Both the position numbers and the translations under genes were made by a program. The notes beneath the pieces are model-generated. The model worked only from the letters and a program-made list of their open reading frames with translations. It ran no database searches and was not told the DNA's origin. A DNA stretch of 64,000 bases from Bugula neritina. Lineage: Eukaryota > Animalia > Bryozoa. Shown here in pieces: positions 1 through 23,690 of this stretch (its first letter is position 1; each line of letters begins with the position of its first letter). Location: NCBI GenBank assembly GCA_964035545.1, contig OZ037771.1, positions 15,347,289 through 15,411,288 of the forward strand, written 5' to 3'.

Positions 1-3000
1 ACACTCATTCTATCTCCGTAATTACTTACGTTATGTGCATTACTCGTATATTACTTTCCTTAAAATAGTGTTCTTTAATTTGTGCTTCACTCATCAGTTA
101 TACCTGATAGTAGACCCAACTTTTATGTGATAAGCAAGTTTTTTATTTTGCTACATACTTTTGACGAAGCTAAGTGTGGATGGAATGTCACTGAATGTAT
201 TATTGACAATTTTTGCATTGAACTTTGCTTCAAACTTGGTGATGATCATGTCATGTAATAATTTCAATATACATTTATTAGTTTAAACTTTGTTTGAAAT
301 AAATTTTCTTATCTTGACTTAAAGAAGTTAGCTGGTGTGAAGATAGCAGACTATACTCTATACTACTGTACTCTCTCATTTAGTGAACTCCAACGTTGGT
401 TATAACATTATAAAATGGTGTCTGTGAGGAATGAGTTTCAGTTATAGTTAGCAGATGGTGATCACATGACCTCCGCATCATATTATTTATAATGAATCAA
501 TTTCTATCTAATAATGAAATGATATCAACAGAGCTGGATGGCGCAGTGCTCTGAGTTGTATTAGTTTGGGGGCTTTGATTAACCTCCCATCTGCACACTA
601 AGGTTTGATTGTGGGTTCCTTTGCTATATACTATTTAATAAAGCTGATTATAAAGCTATTTACAGCTAATCCAAGCTGTTTGTAAAGCTGATTATAAAGC
701 TGATTATAAAGCTATATATAAGCCATTTAAAGCTATTTGTAAAGCTATTTCAGAATGTAGGAGCACCAAGACTGCGCAAGCTTAGTTTGTGAGTGACAAA
801 AATCTAGAATTTACAAAGTTGAAGTTTGTTCTTTCCTTCTAAGTATATATAACTGGTCCAGTTAGGAGGTGATTAGGTTTTATTGTTACTTTATTATTTA
901 CTACCAGTTCTTCCCTCCTTTGGTCTAGTCAGCTATTGTATCGTTTATTAATTTATCTTATCTACTCCATTTGTTTACATGACTTATTGAATCTCTCCCA
1001 TGTTTTAAGACTAAGCTAGCCCTGTCTCTACCTACGCTGGGCCAATAGGGCATAATGAGCCCCTCTGTATTTAAGTAAACAATTTATCTTTGGCTAAGCT
1101 TCAGTTAGAAACAGCAAACAAAAGTGACATGAACTTTGGTTTTTCATTGTTGAGATGGATATTGGCAGAGTTGGCATTATTCTGCAATGCAAACTACTCT
1201 TCAGGTAGATATGCAAGTGGTCTGCTTATAGCATGAGGTGATAACTTCCAAACAATTCAACTGATGGTGCTCAGTCATAGTAACTACCATAGTATTGCTT
1301 TTTATTGGACTAAGGAGTTGTCTATACTATGCAGAGAGAATACAAATCAGAGCAGTTTAGTGGTGATGGTATAAAATAGGATCATTGATGAACATGTATA
1401 ATGTAGGTCGTATGACAGCATAGCAAATGTTTAGGCTTGCCAGTAGCTCAGACATGGGGCATAAGTTATGCCTACCCTACTCAGGCTATAAATGTGATCT
1501 GCAGGTTGGAACTATAGTCATGACTAAGCAACTAAGAAGGCTATGTGAGTTTACAAGAGTAGGTAAAACAACTTTTTAAATAATTACATTAAAGTAAACT
1601 GAAGCACGCAAAATAACCAGACTATGAGGATGTATTTAGTAGTATGCATTGATTTAAAATTGAATCATGAAATGATTATCATTATTGCAACCTCTGTGCT
1701 TGGTAGACAGGATAGAGAGGGGTGGTGTGACTGCTGTAACTGTGTTACTGCTCTACATACTAACAGACTAGCCTAGTGCTTTTAAGTGCCTTGCATAAGA
1801 TATTATAATAGAACTGATGAGTTTGGTGTGGTCACTGCCGTTGCAGCTCAGTGACTGTGCTAGCGTGCTATGCTCTCACTACTGCTTTACAATACAACCA
1901 AGTAACAGCACTTGTTGATTTGATGTTCTAAAGTCTAAACTCTAAAGCCCTTGATAAAACCACCCTAAGTTATAACTATCTACATAGTGGCTTACAAACT
2001 AAGTCAGAAAACTGGCATAGCAAAGTGAGCCAAAACAGATTTCGTAATACTAATAATTTCCCCATACACTGAAGTGTTATAGATGACTACAGCATGATCA
2101 GACTATAAAACTCAACCAAAAAGGGCGTGTACCAACTATAAATTATCGCCACTATAACTTATTGCAAATGCATTATTAGGCTAATCAGATACAAACACCA
2201 ACTGTAAAATTCTGCCAATCAGAATTGCGTACAAGCTGCTGGGGTTCAAGTCTACCCAGCTGCCAAAAACAACTAGCCCATTCACCACGATGTCGATAAA
2301 AAAAAACATTAAATGTTTTTTGCCAAAACAGCTGGGGTTGTGGTCAAACTGCTCTAGGGTATTTTTGTAGGAATATATTTTTTAAATGCATTTTTTAAGC
2401 ACTTAATTTCAACATTTTGAAAAATGAACTCATGATTCATAAATTTAAGGTATGAAATAAAACAATGCATGTATAAAAGTTTCACAGCTATTTTTTAAAA
2501 GTATGCATTTTGCATTTAAACTTGCAGAAGTTTATATAAGTTATAATGGTGAGTATTTTAGAATTAGTACAAGGTACAAATGTACCAAGTTTACATCGAC
2601 TATTAATCCGTACGAGCATCCATGCAATGCTCAGTCATGGAAATGCAGGCGTTGCAACATGCAGGCGTTGTTGCGCACTAGCGAATCGCAGGTATGTTTT
2701 GGGAACTTAGTGCGCAATACTAGGATGTTTTGGGAAAGCTTCACACTCATTCTGGTGATAATAGCTGTCAGCTGTAATGATGGGATTCAGCCTGCTATAT
2801 AAGAGATCCTGAAGTCGATGATTGTCAGGCGTTGGTACTGAAGCTAAAAATACAGGACAGTAAGCATGTTGCTATGTTACTACATTAACTTAGTAATTTT
2901 ACCATGTTACTATATGGGTGCCTTACTAATACCTAGAGTACCGTATGGCTGTATTACTGATATCTAGGCTCTTTGTCATTACTATATGATTGTATTACTA

Positions 3001-3381
3001 ATATCTAGGCTCTTTGTCATTACTATACGATTGTATTACTAATATCTAGGCTCTTTGTTATTAAGAAGGTAAACCTTGCATGATGCAATTATTGTAATTT
3101 AAGTTTTTAGTGTAAAGCTGTTTTAAAGGCATTCCTTATAGCAGCGAAACAGCATTGCCTAGTTTATACCATACATGTAATAAGTCTTATAATATTACTG
3201 TGAAGCTATAATAATTTAAATAAAATACCATGTGAGGTAAAAAGTGATCACGTGACTGAATTATTCTGTCTAAAAGGTGGTGCCAAGACACTTAAATAAT
3301 TAAGTTCGCCTGTGGTTGTTGCAATATTTCTAACTTATCTCTTTGCAGAAACCATATCTGTAATAAACAGTCTGAGAAATC

Positions 3382-4273
3382 ATGCCTGAGTGCAGACACA
3401 GACGGAGTATAGTGAGACCAGAGGAACCCAAAGAACCTGTCAGCCCTTGCCATGATGAAGGAGAAGAAGATAACTCCTTTAACTACATCGACAAACTTTT
3501 GCTAGTGGGCTCTACAGTCTCTACGATGCTGTGTCTAATTTATATTCCTGTACCTTTTGGAATTATTGCATCTGCTCTTCCAATAGTTGCCTATGTTGTC
3601 TATGAGAATGACAAGAAAGTAAGACTCCGGGTTAGTATATGTTATTGCAGTAGGAAATATTGTTTATATTACAATATGGAGCTGAGATAGTTTCACAGCC
3701 GGAGTAAGGTCAATCCCTAACTAATTAAAAAATGCGGACCTACAATCAATAATATATACGAAATATGACCCTCGAATAAAATGAAAACTACGCAGGCTAG
3801 AAATAAAGTTTAAAAAGCATCTTTCGTCTATTTTTATGCTTTCTTGGAACCGGCTTAAAATTTGTTCAATTTCAATTTCTAATCTGTTATGCCCCAAAAG
3901 CTGCCCATTTTTAGACATTTTTTTGTCAAAATAACATTTTGTAAGTAACCCCTACATACTTCTTTCCTGATTGTGATAGCTTTTAAAAGTATATTGGCGA
4001 TTATTTGGATAGGTTTATAGAAATAGGCAATATATTCAAGCATTTTTAAAGACCTGAGCCCCATCACTCAAAGCAATTATGTCTATTGTTTGCTTAACTT
4101 AACATGGAAGAGCTGAGCCATTGACTCTGTCTCTGGTGCTTATTTTAGTACATTGTTGTATAGTAATAGCTTTTCAATCCCTTTTGTTATTGTTTAAGGC
4201 TACAATTTTAATCTATTTTTTGATCACCTGTAGCTTAGTACAAGTAAGTAAATTCATGCCGAAAACTAAGTAA
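3382..4273 (+). CDS. Small predicted membrane protein of unknown function (probable exons 3382-3630 and 4199-4273)
   Basis: ORF MPECRHRR...KLLLVGSTVSTMLCLIYIPVPFGIIASALPIVAYVVYENDKK has two hydrophobic segments. An acceptor lies at 3348 and donors at 3619 or 3631. Splicing to the AG at 4198 continues in frame as ATILIYFLITCSLVQVSKFMPKTK*. A TATA-like ctatataag near 2795 and a donor near 2860 suggest a non-coding first exon. Confidence 0.4.
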
Positions 4274-6868
4274 TTAATTTCTAAAACTTAAAGTAAATAA
4301 GAGAGCCAGAAATTGTTTTTATGTGTTTGTTAACAAATGCTAAGTAATAATTCACTAACTAAAAGTTCATAGTTTTGATACAACTGCAACTTAGCCAGTT
4401 AGTAATTTATAAGTTAGTAGTTGCAGTAATTTAATGTCAAGCAAATAAACCTCCAATAGAGCACACTGGTTAAAGATTTAAAGCTACAATTCGAAGAAAA
4501 AAGGCTGTTATTAGTGCTCTGATACTGTTTCATCTTTCAGCAAGATGTTTCTTTAGTATAGGCTACTTGCAGTCATTGGTTAAATGTTTTATGCCTGATT
4601 GGTTGAAATATGGAAGTAGTGACTGGTAGTAGGTATAGCTGTATAGGTGTACAAGCACCATATAGATTAGAATTATATTATTAGAATTATTAGAATTATA
4701 TCCAACTGACCTCCATAATATAATGCATACAATACAAACATGAAGTTAGAATTACCAAAATATATATATATATATATATATCGTACTGTTGTGATAAAAC
4801 AAAATATTTTGTAATGTTGTCAAAACATGAATTGTTGGCAAGAAAATATCCCTATTTAGCTCTAACTATTTATGCATATCTATATTTTATACTTATTTAC
4901 ATTTTATATTGTCTCTACATTATATATATGTGATCTAAATTTGAGCCTCTTCATAGTACTACTTTGTAGCTATCTACACTTTGTTGAATTGTATTTGCTA
5001 TATTTTTTCCAGGTTCACCGACGGTTTGAATAAAGAACAACTCAATGGATGGATTAAGTGATGGGTCAACTGTAACGCATACTCTTTATTGATATTATAC
5101 GTAATTGTTATATTTTTATTATGCATTAACTCTGTGCCATGTATAATATATAGCCTATAATAATTATGTATTATAGCCATTTTACTAAACAAAATATCAC
5201 AATGCGATATTGCTATACTTATATATACCCTAAACTTTAGAATAAAAATGTTCTAAAATCACTTGACTTTCCTTAAGGCAGATGGAGCACCACGTAAATG
5301 GTATATTCTATGGCAAGGGCCATATTGTAAACTTTAGCTTGGGTTAGGGCCACAACATCCGTAATTTGCAAACTACTTAACTCTAATTTCCTATGAGTTA
5401 TTACACAATATGCTACCAATAGTTATTGCAGGCTGTGTGTATTTATCATATATGAAAATAAGAGGGGCCACATAAAATATATAGACTGGAGGCCGCCTGT
5501 TGGACAGCCCTACTTGAGGGTATATTTGCTGAAGTTGATTTCAGACGACAGAATAGTTTACTTATGAAATGCAGTAAAGCATTATAATGAATGGTGTAGA
5601 CTCTCTGTTTTAAATACATATATAAATATAATAGACATATATGAATATAAACAAATAAAATGAATATAGAAACACATAATAAATATATCTCATATGAATA
5701 TAAAAACATATGCTAAGCATATATGAATACAAACAAATATAATAAACATATATTAATACAAACAAATATAATAAACATATATCAATACAAGCAAATATAG
5801 TAAACATATATGAATATAAACAAATATAACAATTCATACATTATACAAATATAATAAATATATAATATATGTTTATTATATTTTTTCATATTCATATTAA
5901 TAATTTAAGCAATTAATATAATAAACATATCCATATGCTTGTATCAACTTCCTCTTCACCGTAACCAAACTTTGCTTCGACTCCAATAAGCTTTAAGTTG
6001 ATTATTTCTTTGATATGGAATATTTTGTTTGTTATACTTTAGCTATAGTGTTCATGACTATCTCATGTTACCTGTAAGACTACTGTTTCTAAGGCTATGT
6101 CAACAATATAGCTCATACTCTCTCATAATATTCATACCTTCTTATAAACTTATATTATAGAATGTTGTAGTATTTACATAGTGCTGTTAAAATGATTACT
6201 TTGTGGTTTACAAACTGCCATCACTGCCTTTCTATTGCTTCAAATGAACCCTTAAGGGAGAATTTCTGGTTGCTGTTTGCATTAATTTATGGTTGTAGTT
6301 TAATATAGTTGTGCTGTTCCCAAACATCAATGAAAAATCCATCATACAAGCAAAACAATGGGAACGCAGTGAGGTTACTGCAGTGCTGGCACTACTTAAG
6401 TATTACCATATAGTGTAACTTTTATGTTTTATGGTTCATATCAGCATCACTATATGGTGTTGAATAGAAGTTATACTATACTAGCTTAGTCTTACGTCAA
6501 TGTAAACAGCCCACATGTCATCATATTGAGTAGCAAGCACTCTTATCTAACCTCTCCAAGGAATGCTGACAGCTTTATCACACTGAATATGATAACTAAA
6601 CTCCAATAAGGAAGTAAGGAGAGAAATTTAATTCCATCATTATTAACACTAATTTGAAACAGATTTGATGTCTTGAATTTTGTCAGTAAATGTAACAATA
6701 GGCAGCTGGATTGGCAGATACAGCTGCTGTATGTACTAGGATACTGTAGTAGCATGCTGGTGTGTTTATGATCTTCCATGTTTCACATGTAACTTCAACT
6801 TCTGTATTCAGTAACTTATGTTCTATGTTTACTATTTCTATTCTTTAGACCCCCAATATTTACTAGTC

Positions 6869-7200
6869 TATATTATAGTTGTAAGGTATATTTACTAGAT
6901 ATTATAGTTGTAAGGTATATTTACTAGATATTATAGTTGTAAGGTATATTTACTAGATATTATAGTTGTAAGGTATATTTACTAGATATTATAGTTGGAA
7001 GGTATATTTACTAGATATTATAGTTGTAAGGTATATTTACTAGATATTATAGTTGTAAGGTATATTTACTAGATATTATAGTTGGAAGGTATATTTACTA
7101 GATATTATAGTTGTAAGGTATATTTACTAGATATTATAGTTGTAAGGTATATTTACTAGATATTATAGTTGTAAGGTATATTTACTAGATATATTTACTA
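6869..7200. repeat. Minisatellite, ~29-bp unit (tattatagttgtaaggtatatttactaga)
   Basis: About 11 near-identical tandem copies are visible. Confidence 0.9.
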
Positions 7201-7614
7201 AGTCTATTAGATTACACAAACTAAAGCTATACAAATGGCACACCCAGATATTGTGTGGATGAAGGAACATAGAACTGTATTGGTTACATATCAGAGATCT
7301 CAAATGGTGAAATTAAACAAGTTTCTACAAACTTTCAAAATACAATCTTAGATCCGAATTTCATAAAATTAATTTATAGAGCCAAGTTTTTGCAACATAA
7401 TGGACTGAGGGAAGACAATTCAGCAATTAGACTTTTATTCCACAAGGACTAGGTTCAAGGTCATTTTACGATGTCCTTTATATTAGATAATTATCCTCAG
7501 TCTTTACTTGTAGTATTGGCGAAGCAATCATCTTCTCAAGTCACTACTAATCACTTCCTTTACACGCTGATACAGAGCTAGAGTTCAAGGTCATTCTACA
7601 AGGTCAATGTCATG

Positions 7615-10217
7615 TTAAAGTTTGCTTTGATCAGGATGAGGGATCTCCACAACTATTTTACCTTCACTCTTCTTGCTGTACAGATAGTCAACTGCATCAA
7701 ATATACTCTCTAAGCCAATGAAAGGCCCTGTCTCAGAGTGAGTACCATTGTCAACTAAACACTTCAGCTGATTGGTGGAATACAGGGAAAAGAGCTTCAT
7801 TGCCATTGGCTGAAAGTATAGACATATACATTTATATTACACTTTGTATTCACTTACATTACACAAGCACTGTGGTGTAGATATTTAGAAGTAAGTACTG
7901 TAGATACTAAGAAGTCTATTTTGACTTTTCCTGTTTTAAGAAGATAGTCTCCATCATCTAGACTGGGAATGAGGGATATGAACAGATCATAATAGCCATC
8001 TGAAAAGACAACTCCTATTACTTTGTTAAACAGCGTGGAGATAACTCCTAGTGTGGCTGATGAGTAAATATATGACTGCATATGTTTGTGTTGTGTCTAC
8101 TAACTTACAACTCTGTAAGATGCACACGATTTATCCGAGGAGCATTCAAACAAGGATATACACGCTATTCGTGTACAGCAGAATATAAACATTTCTTACT
8201 CAATATTCATCCCTCTTTTGGACTAAATTTATTGACGGTATCTGAAAATATGACGTCTAACCTTGACCTCTTTAGGGAAACCAAACAAGAAGAAGCCGCG
8301 AACACTGGCACATTTGGGTAGAAGTCTTTGGGGCAAGGAGCTGGAAGTTCTGGAGATGTTGAAACCTTTCTCTGTCTGGTAACCCGAGATGTAACCAATT
8401 ACAATGAGTCGGCCATGTTGGGCTAAGTTGTTGACGCAGTCGTCAAACATTGTGCCCCCTACGGACTCATACACCACATCCACCCCTGTAAGTCAGTAGA
8501 ATATAGAATAGACTATAGAATACAATAGACTATAAAATAGAGCATAGAATAAAGTAGATTGTAGAATAGAGTATAGCATACAGTAGAATATAGACTATAC
8601 AGTACAATATAAAGTAGAGTATACTATAGACTATAGAATACAATATAAAGTAGAGTATATTATAGACTATAGAGTATAATATAAAGTAGAGTATACTAGA
8701 GACTATAGAATACAATATAAAGTAGAGTATACTATAGACTATAGAGTATAACATAAAGTAGAGTATACTATAGACTATACAGTACAATATAAAGTAGAGT
8801 ATACTATAGACTATAGAATACAATATAAAGTAGAGTATATTATAGACTATAGAGTATAACATAAAGTAGAGTATACTATAGACTATAGAGTATAACATAA
8901 AGTAGAGTATACTAGAGACTATAGAATACAATATAAAGTAGAGTATATTATAGACTATAGAGTATAACATAAAGTAGAGCATACTATAGACTATAGAATA
9001 CAATATAAAGTAGAGCATACTATAGACTATAGAGTATAATATAAAGTAGAGTATACTATAGACTATAGAGTATAATATGGAGTAGAGTAAACTTTAGAGT
9101 CATACAAACCTTTAGGGTATTCAGCTTTGAGCACCTGCCCCAACTTCTCCTCATTGTAATTAATAACTCGATCACAGCCGAGCTCTTTCAGTAATTTGAC
9201 TTTACTCGGTGAGGAACAGGTTCCTATCACGTGACAGCCAGCCAACTTAGCCAACTGCACTGCAAACTGCCCTGTCCCACCGGCTGCGGCTGTCACCAAC
9301 ACCGTCTCCCCTGTAAGCAAGAAACTCAGTATAATACCAGGCTAACAGCAAGTAACAATACGTCAACTAAAACAGGGAGTATGCAACAACATCAATTATT
9401 ATCAATTATCACTATTAATTAACATTATCAATTAATATATCAGTTAAAATATCAATTATTTATAAAAATGAGACGTTAAATCTGATACCAGCTTTGATTT
9501 CTCCCGTCTTCTCCAAACTGATTCCAGCTGTTAGCCCACTGACCAACAAGGTTAAATACTCTTTCTTGAGGGCAGGCAATGGTAGCGCCTCCTTTTCTTT
9601 GATTATTTGATATTCACCAAATGCTCCGTATGCCATGTAGGCGACAGGCTGGTTGACTGGTAGTTGAACCAACGGTCCTTTCTGGACAACTTCACCAACT
9701 CCCTCGAACCCACAGGTAAACGGTGGCTTTATGTTTGGGTCATACCTGGTCAAGTTCACAGAAAACACTGGCAATTGTAACAGCAACATTCTAGTCTGAC
9801 AACAGCAGCTATTTTAGAGAATATATCTATAGGAAACAAAGCCTAGATATAGAATATGTAAAAATAGTTGATTAGATAAACAAATTAACCTAATTTTAAG
9901 AAGTACCAGCTTCCGTCTTATCTGTAAAAACTAACAAGCAAACTGAGTGCCAGAGTTGCCAGCTGTTTGAGACACCAGAGTGATGAGTCACATAGTTGAA
10001 GTAAGTGACTCATAGTTTTACTACTCAGCTAAACAACAGACCTGCCTGCGGAGAAGTTGACATCTGAAGCATTAATTCCGACAAATCTATTCCTAATCAG
10101 CACTTCGTGATCTTTGAGTAACGGAGTTGACACCGACTCAATAGAGCAGACGTCTCGAAACTTGTGAGACACTTGATTTACCATAAGTCGGCGGAATGTC
10201 CGTGGAATGACAGACAT
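7615..10217 (-). CDS. PTGR3: Prostaglandin reductase 3 / zinc-binding alcohol dehydrogenase domain protein 2 (MDR family), 5 exons, ~350 aa, peroxisomal
   Basis: Exons 10217-10042, 9745-9489, 9310-9110, 8485-8262 and 7809-7615 join in frame through GT-AG introns. Motifs: [79 protein letters not shown]. The protein ends in SKL (PTS1). Confidence 0.93.
8500..9085. repeat. Intronic minisatellite (~36-bp unit) in PTGR3 intron 3
   Basis: Repeated tatagactatagaatacaatataaagtagagtatac. Explains the spurious ORF 8530-9018. Confidence 0.9.
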
Positions 10218-12977
10218 GGTTGATACTGTGGGTAAAATGTTTTGTATTTTTAGTTTATTGTCAAACATTTTGCAACACAAGTTTCATATTTAATTTTTAA
10301 AATAAAAAGTATTATTACCACACTGTTGAATTTTGTTTGTGAAAATTACATTGCGTTTTACAACAAAATATATTAACTTTAATTGCAACCATGACTTCAA
10401 AATTTTTATATAGTCATTTGTCTTTTTGTTAAAATAATATGATCCATTTCACAGCAGATAATTGATGACAAATTATTAATACACTAATGACTATGCCAAT
10501 TAGTTAAATGATGATACACTGAAACAAACATGAACTTCTTTTAACAAATGAGTAAAGGAACAAATCAGATAACAATCGAGTATTATTGTATATCTATCTT
10601 ATATCATTACTAGTAATTTATGTAATAGATACATTGCTAAATTACATAAATGTGTCCAAGTCACATTGGATTGAATACTTGCAATTCCTTGCTAGAATTG
10701 ATTACTTGACTTGTTCGATTACTTTCCTTGAGTTGACCTAACTTCTCTAAATAATGACTAACCTGATGCAAGTCGCTAAATATTAACTAAAATTGTCACA
10801 TGCTTCACTTATTCTCTACTTATAGTTACAGCAAATGCTCAAAATAATTCGTACATCATAGTGACTTACTTTAATAGCGTTATGACAAAAATTATTAAAG
10901 GTGGCTTTCAACAATTATTTACATCATGGTGAGTTTTTTCAATTATAAACTTATAATTGTTCATCAAACAATTACTGAATAATAATCATAATAATACCCA
11001 ATTTAAGTTTCAGATTGTAGTATAATTTTGATTTAAATTCTAAATAATTAAAATAATTTCATTATTATTATAAACAAATACCTACGCTAGGACTTATCTA
11101 CTTCTAGTGCTAGTACAACAAAACCAGTACCAATACTACTAATAGTAATAGTTATAATACTACTAACACTACTAACTATTACTATTAGACCTACACCTAC
11201 TCCCAACGCCGTTACCGGTTACTGTTAGTGTTATAGGCTAGAAGTAGAGGCCAGACTCCGGAGTGAATATCAATATGATTATGAATATCTAAATCTAGTT
11301 TTGGGGTTCAGTAACTTTGCTGTATGATCTAGGAAACCACTATGAGTGTATGAATGTAATAGACAGCTGTAACTTTTAAATTGCAAAAATAAATCATCCA
11401 TGCTAGAATATTTTGCCTGTGAATTACCAATACTTGTTATCATCAGTTGATTAGCACAATGAATATTAACGCAGTTGACGCAAAGCCACGCCCTCTGTAA
11501 TAACCTTGACAAATTTTTACACTCTCTTGAGAGAACGGTTTATAGATATCGCATTATAAATATTATTTTCTGTGATGTAGCTCGAACTGATATACTCTTG
11601 CACGAAAGAGCGCTAAGTTAAACTTAATGTTTTTGTCCAATTAGGAAGTCGCCTGCAAAGATCATTGACTTCTTACAGTTCGTCTTGTGCTTTACCTCCT
11701 TTAGTAATTATGAGTGAGGTGATAGTTATATTTGTTAGCACATTTATATTGTAATGCAAAGTATGTGCTTATAATAAAAGTATAGTTATTATTTTTATAC
11801 TAGTAGTACCAGCAGTACTATGGCATTATTCGTTTTATATTATAAATAAATTCTACCTATAGGCTATAGGCTATATAAATATAATATTTTTATATTTAAG
11901 TATAATCAATATGAATATCATCATAATCATTATGATTATCAGTGATAATCATAATTATAATTATCATTAATTTTATACACGTGTAACTATAAGAATGAGT
12001 ATAATTATGCCTATTGGCTATTAGTATTAATATTATTATTACTATTACTTAAAGTTAAACTTAATTACTCTAAAGTATAACTATAACTCTCTAAGTCTAA
12101 GGTATTACTATTAGTATTAGGTATAACTCTTGCAACTTGAAGTTCAAGATGAACTTCAACTTGAGCTTAACTGAATGATTATGCCTCTCACTCTCAGACC
12201 CAATATTTCTTTCAATATGACATTGGTTATGATTAAATCAAAATATAATCATAATCATAATGATAACAATCATTGTTACTAATGGTAAATCACCATAGAC
12301 TTAGTATTGCATTTTGATTTAGTTTTACTATAGCAAATATTTCTAATAGGAGTACTGGAATTATAACAATCAAGCTGCATTAATTTTATTGCTACTAACC
12401 ACTTATTGTTAGTATTACTATAGTATTAGTATTGCTATTACTATAGTAACCTACATTTAATAAGTCCCTCATATTGGTACTTGCATTGGTGCTACTACTA
12501 GACACTAGTAATAGAGTTAAAAATAATGCTAATATAAGTAATATTAAGTGTAATAGTAAATATAATAGTAATATTTTATGGGATTTTAGAGTCAAACGAA
12601 TAAAAATTATAATTCATTATTTATACTATTGGCGCTGATTGCTAGGACACCCTGGCAATGAAGGTCACCAGTTGCACTCACTGTTAGCATGGGGAGGGGA
12701 GAAGGGGGCCCAAACTTTATCTTTCTATTTGTCTGTTATCAACATGATATAATTTTTACATTGGAACAGCAATTTTACTGCTTAATAAATCATTACCGGT
12801 TTATACTTTCAATTTGCAAACTGATCTGTTTTATTGTGACCAGCATGTGATACTTTTGCTTTAGAAGTGCTATTTAGTTTGTAATCATTTAACAGTAAGA
12901 AGTCCATCTTGTTCAGTGATCTCTTGTTCTTTTAATTAAGTTCAGATTGTCGACTACTGTTGATGTTATATGAGTAG

Positions 12978-13130
12978 CACGAATTTTAGGTAAAACTGGC
13001 ACTGATAAAAAATGGCACAGATGAAAAGTAAGTAAATATGGCAAACTTATGTTAAATTTTCCCAAACCCTAATATTGAAAATGTGCCATTTTTACCTTCT
13101 TTGCCACCTGTGCCATTTTTGCCAGACACC
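12978..13130. mobile_element. Small MITE-like insertion with (a)aatggcac subterminal repeats
   Basis: Left half has repeated tggca(c) motifs and right half their reverse complements (gtgccatt). It is flanked by the direct repeat GAGTAG (12972-12977 and 13131-13136). The termini are not cleanly inverted. Confidence 0.5.
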
Positions 13131-13303
13131 GAGTAGTGAAGTGAAGTGTATAACTATAATTGCACTTGCTCAAATTTGCTATTAGTAATAATGTTATTTT
13201 ACTCACTGTGTTATACTGACACTAATATTCTAATACTCATAGTCATACTCATAGTGATAGTCATATTCGTACTCATAGTCATAATGATTATAAATTAGCC
13301 AGT

Positions 13304-13317
13304 AAATGGCGGAAGTG
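13304..13317 (+). promoter_or_regulatory. Overlapping YY1-like (AAATGGCGG) and ETS/GABP-like (CGGAAGTG) motifs near the probable GPCR transcription start
   Basis: Motif match ~300 bp upstream of the first coding exon, immediately followed by a possible donor (gag|gtact). Confidence 0.35.
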
Positions 13318-13628
13318 AGGTACTGTAGTTGTCACTGTTACAATGCGCTTTAATTTTTTTCACCAAAGGTAAAACCAAACTCCTTGTTCTAAAGTTATGA
13401 GTAGAATGAATGTTGTTAGTTGTTAGAATGAGTTAGTCGGCTTTTGGCTGTAACTTATTTTCAGTGTCACCTTGACCTTTGCTGTTACTCAGGTCAAACA
13501 ATGCTATTGGGTTAGGGTTTCTTAAAAGGTCTTAAAGAAGATTTGAATGTATTCTAAAGTTATAGCACAGCTATTCATACTGGTTTTGTATATTCTGCAG
13601 GTATAGTGTTTTCGAGAGCAAAGCAGCC

Positions 13629-22663
<9,035 letters not shown>

Positions 22664-23690
22664 TCTGACATTCATTCTCTCTCATCCCATCAGGATCTCA
22701 CTAACTGCTGACATCATTAGTTGTTGTGTACTTTGCTCAGTGGTGACTTGATTGATGTGGTGCACACAAAGTGATGACCTCATCGAGTGTGGTACACGCA
22801 GTTTCCGTTGTGCTTTGACACAAGGCCGTAAGCTGGTCTGTTTCTGCATCTTGACTGTATATTTTTGTATTTTGTTTTACTTTTCCATTATTTATAATAG
22901 CGAGCTGTTGGCGCTGTACTTATGGGAGTATAATATATTATTCGACAGGGTAGTAGAGTATAATATCCGTTATCAATGCAATATGTATAGTCATCAGTGT
23001 TACTTTGAACAACTTTATCTGACTCATCATTTCCTTTGTGATATTTTACTTTTCAGTTCTATAATAATGTAGGGTTTAAAACTACGTTTAACGTTTTCAG
23101 TGTAATATTTTGCAATGTTTTGAAATTACAGTTATTTTTATATATAATATTATCAAAGTCATTCACTCATGCATAGTATATGCATGCGATAAATTAACTA
23201 TTTGTTGTATGTTCTGTAAAACTAACTGACTGCAACTTTGCAGTTTGACTCCTACTGAGCCACTACATTGTCTGAGTAGGCTTGTCTGCTCAAATGTTGA
23301 ACTTTGAACCTAATAAACTGATAAATCGAGTAGAAAGTATTTTGTGATCTCAACTGACCTACTCAACTCAACTTGTTTGTCAGTAAATAATTCCCACACT
23401 TCCCACAGTTCAGCAGTGACCTAATCAGCGTTACCGCAAGAGATAGTAATGTCAACATGATCCAGTGATGTCATAGCATAATCCAATGATGTCATATCGT
23501 GGTTTTGTGATGTCATATGATTTTGTGATGTTCTAACAAGAGATATGATGGCATATTTTACTTTGTGCCCATTAAGATGATAAAATATATTTATTTTGCT
23601 ATTTTCTTGAGCAAGAACAAGAAGATATATAAAGTTTGAAGCATTATAATGTATATAATAGAATGTTGAATGATAATGTCATACATCATT

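Noticed and set aside
531-620. tRNA-derived SINE head (tggcgcagtg ... ggtttgatt)
   Set aside because: The boxes are degenerate, with no tail, TSD or second copy in the window.
10896-11705. Second Kolobok-like element starting TTAA-AGGTGGC
   Set aside because: No convincing matching right TIR with TTAA was found.
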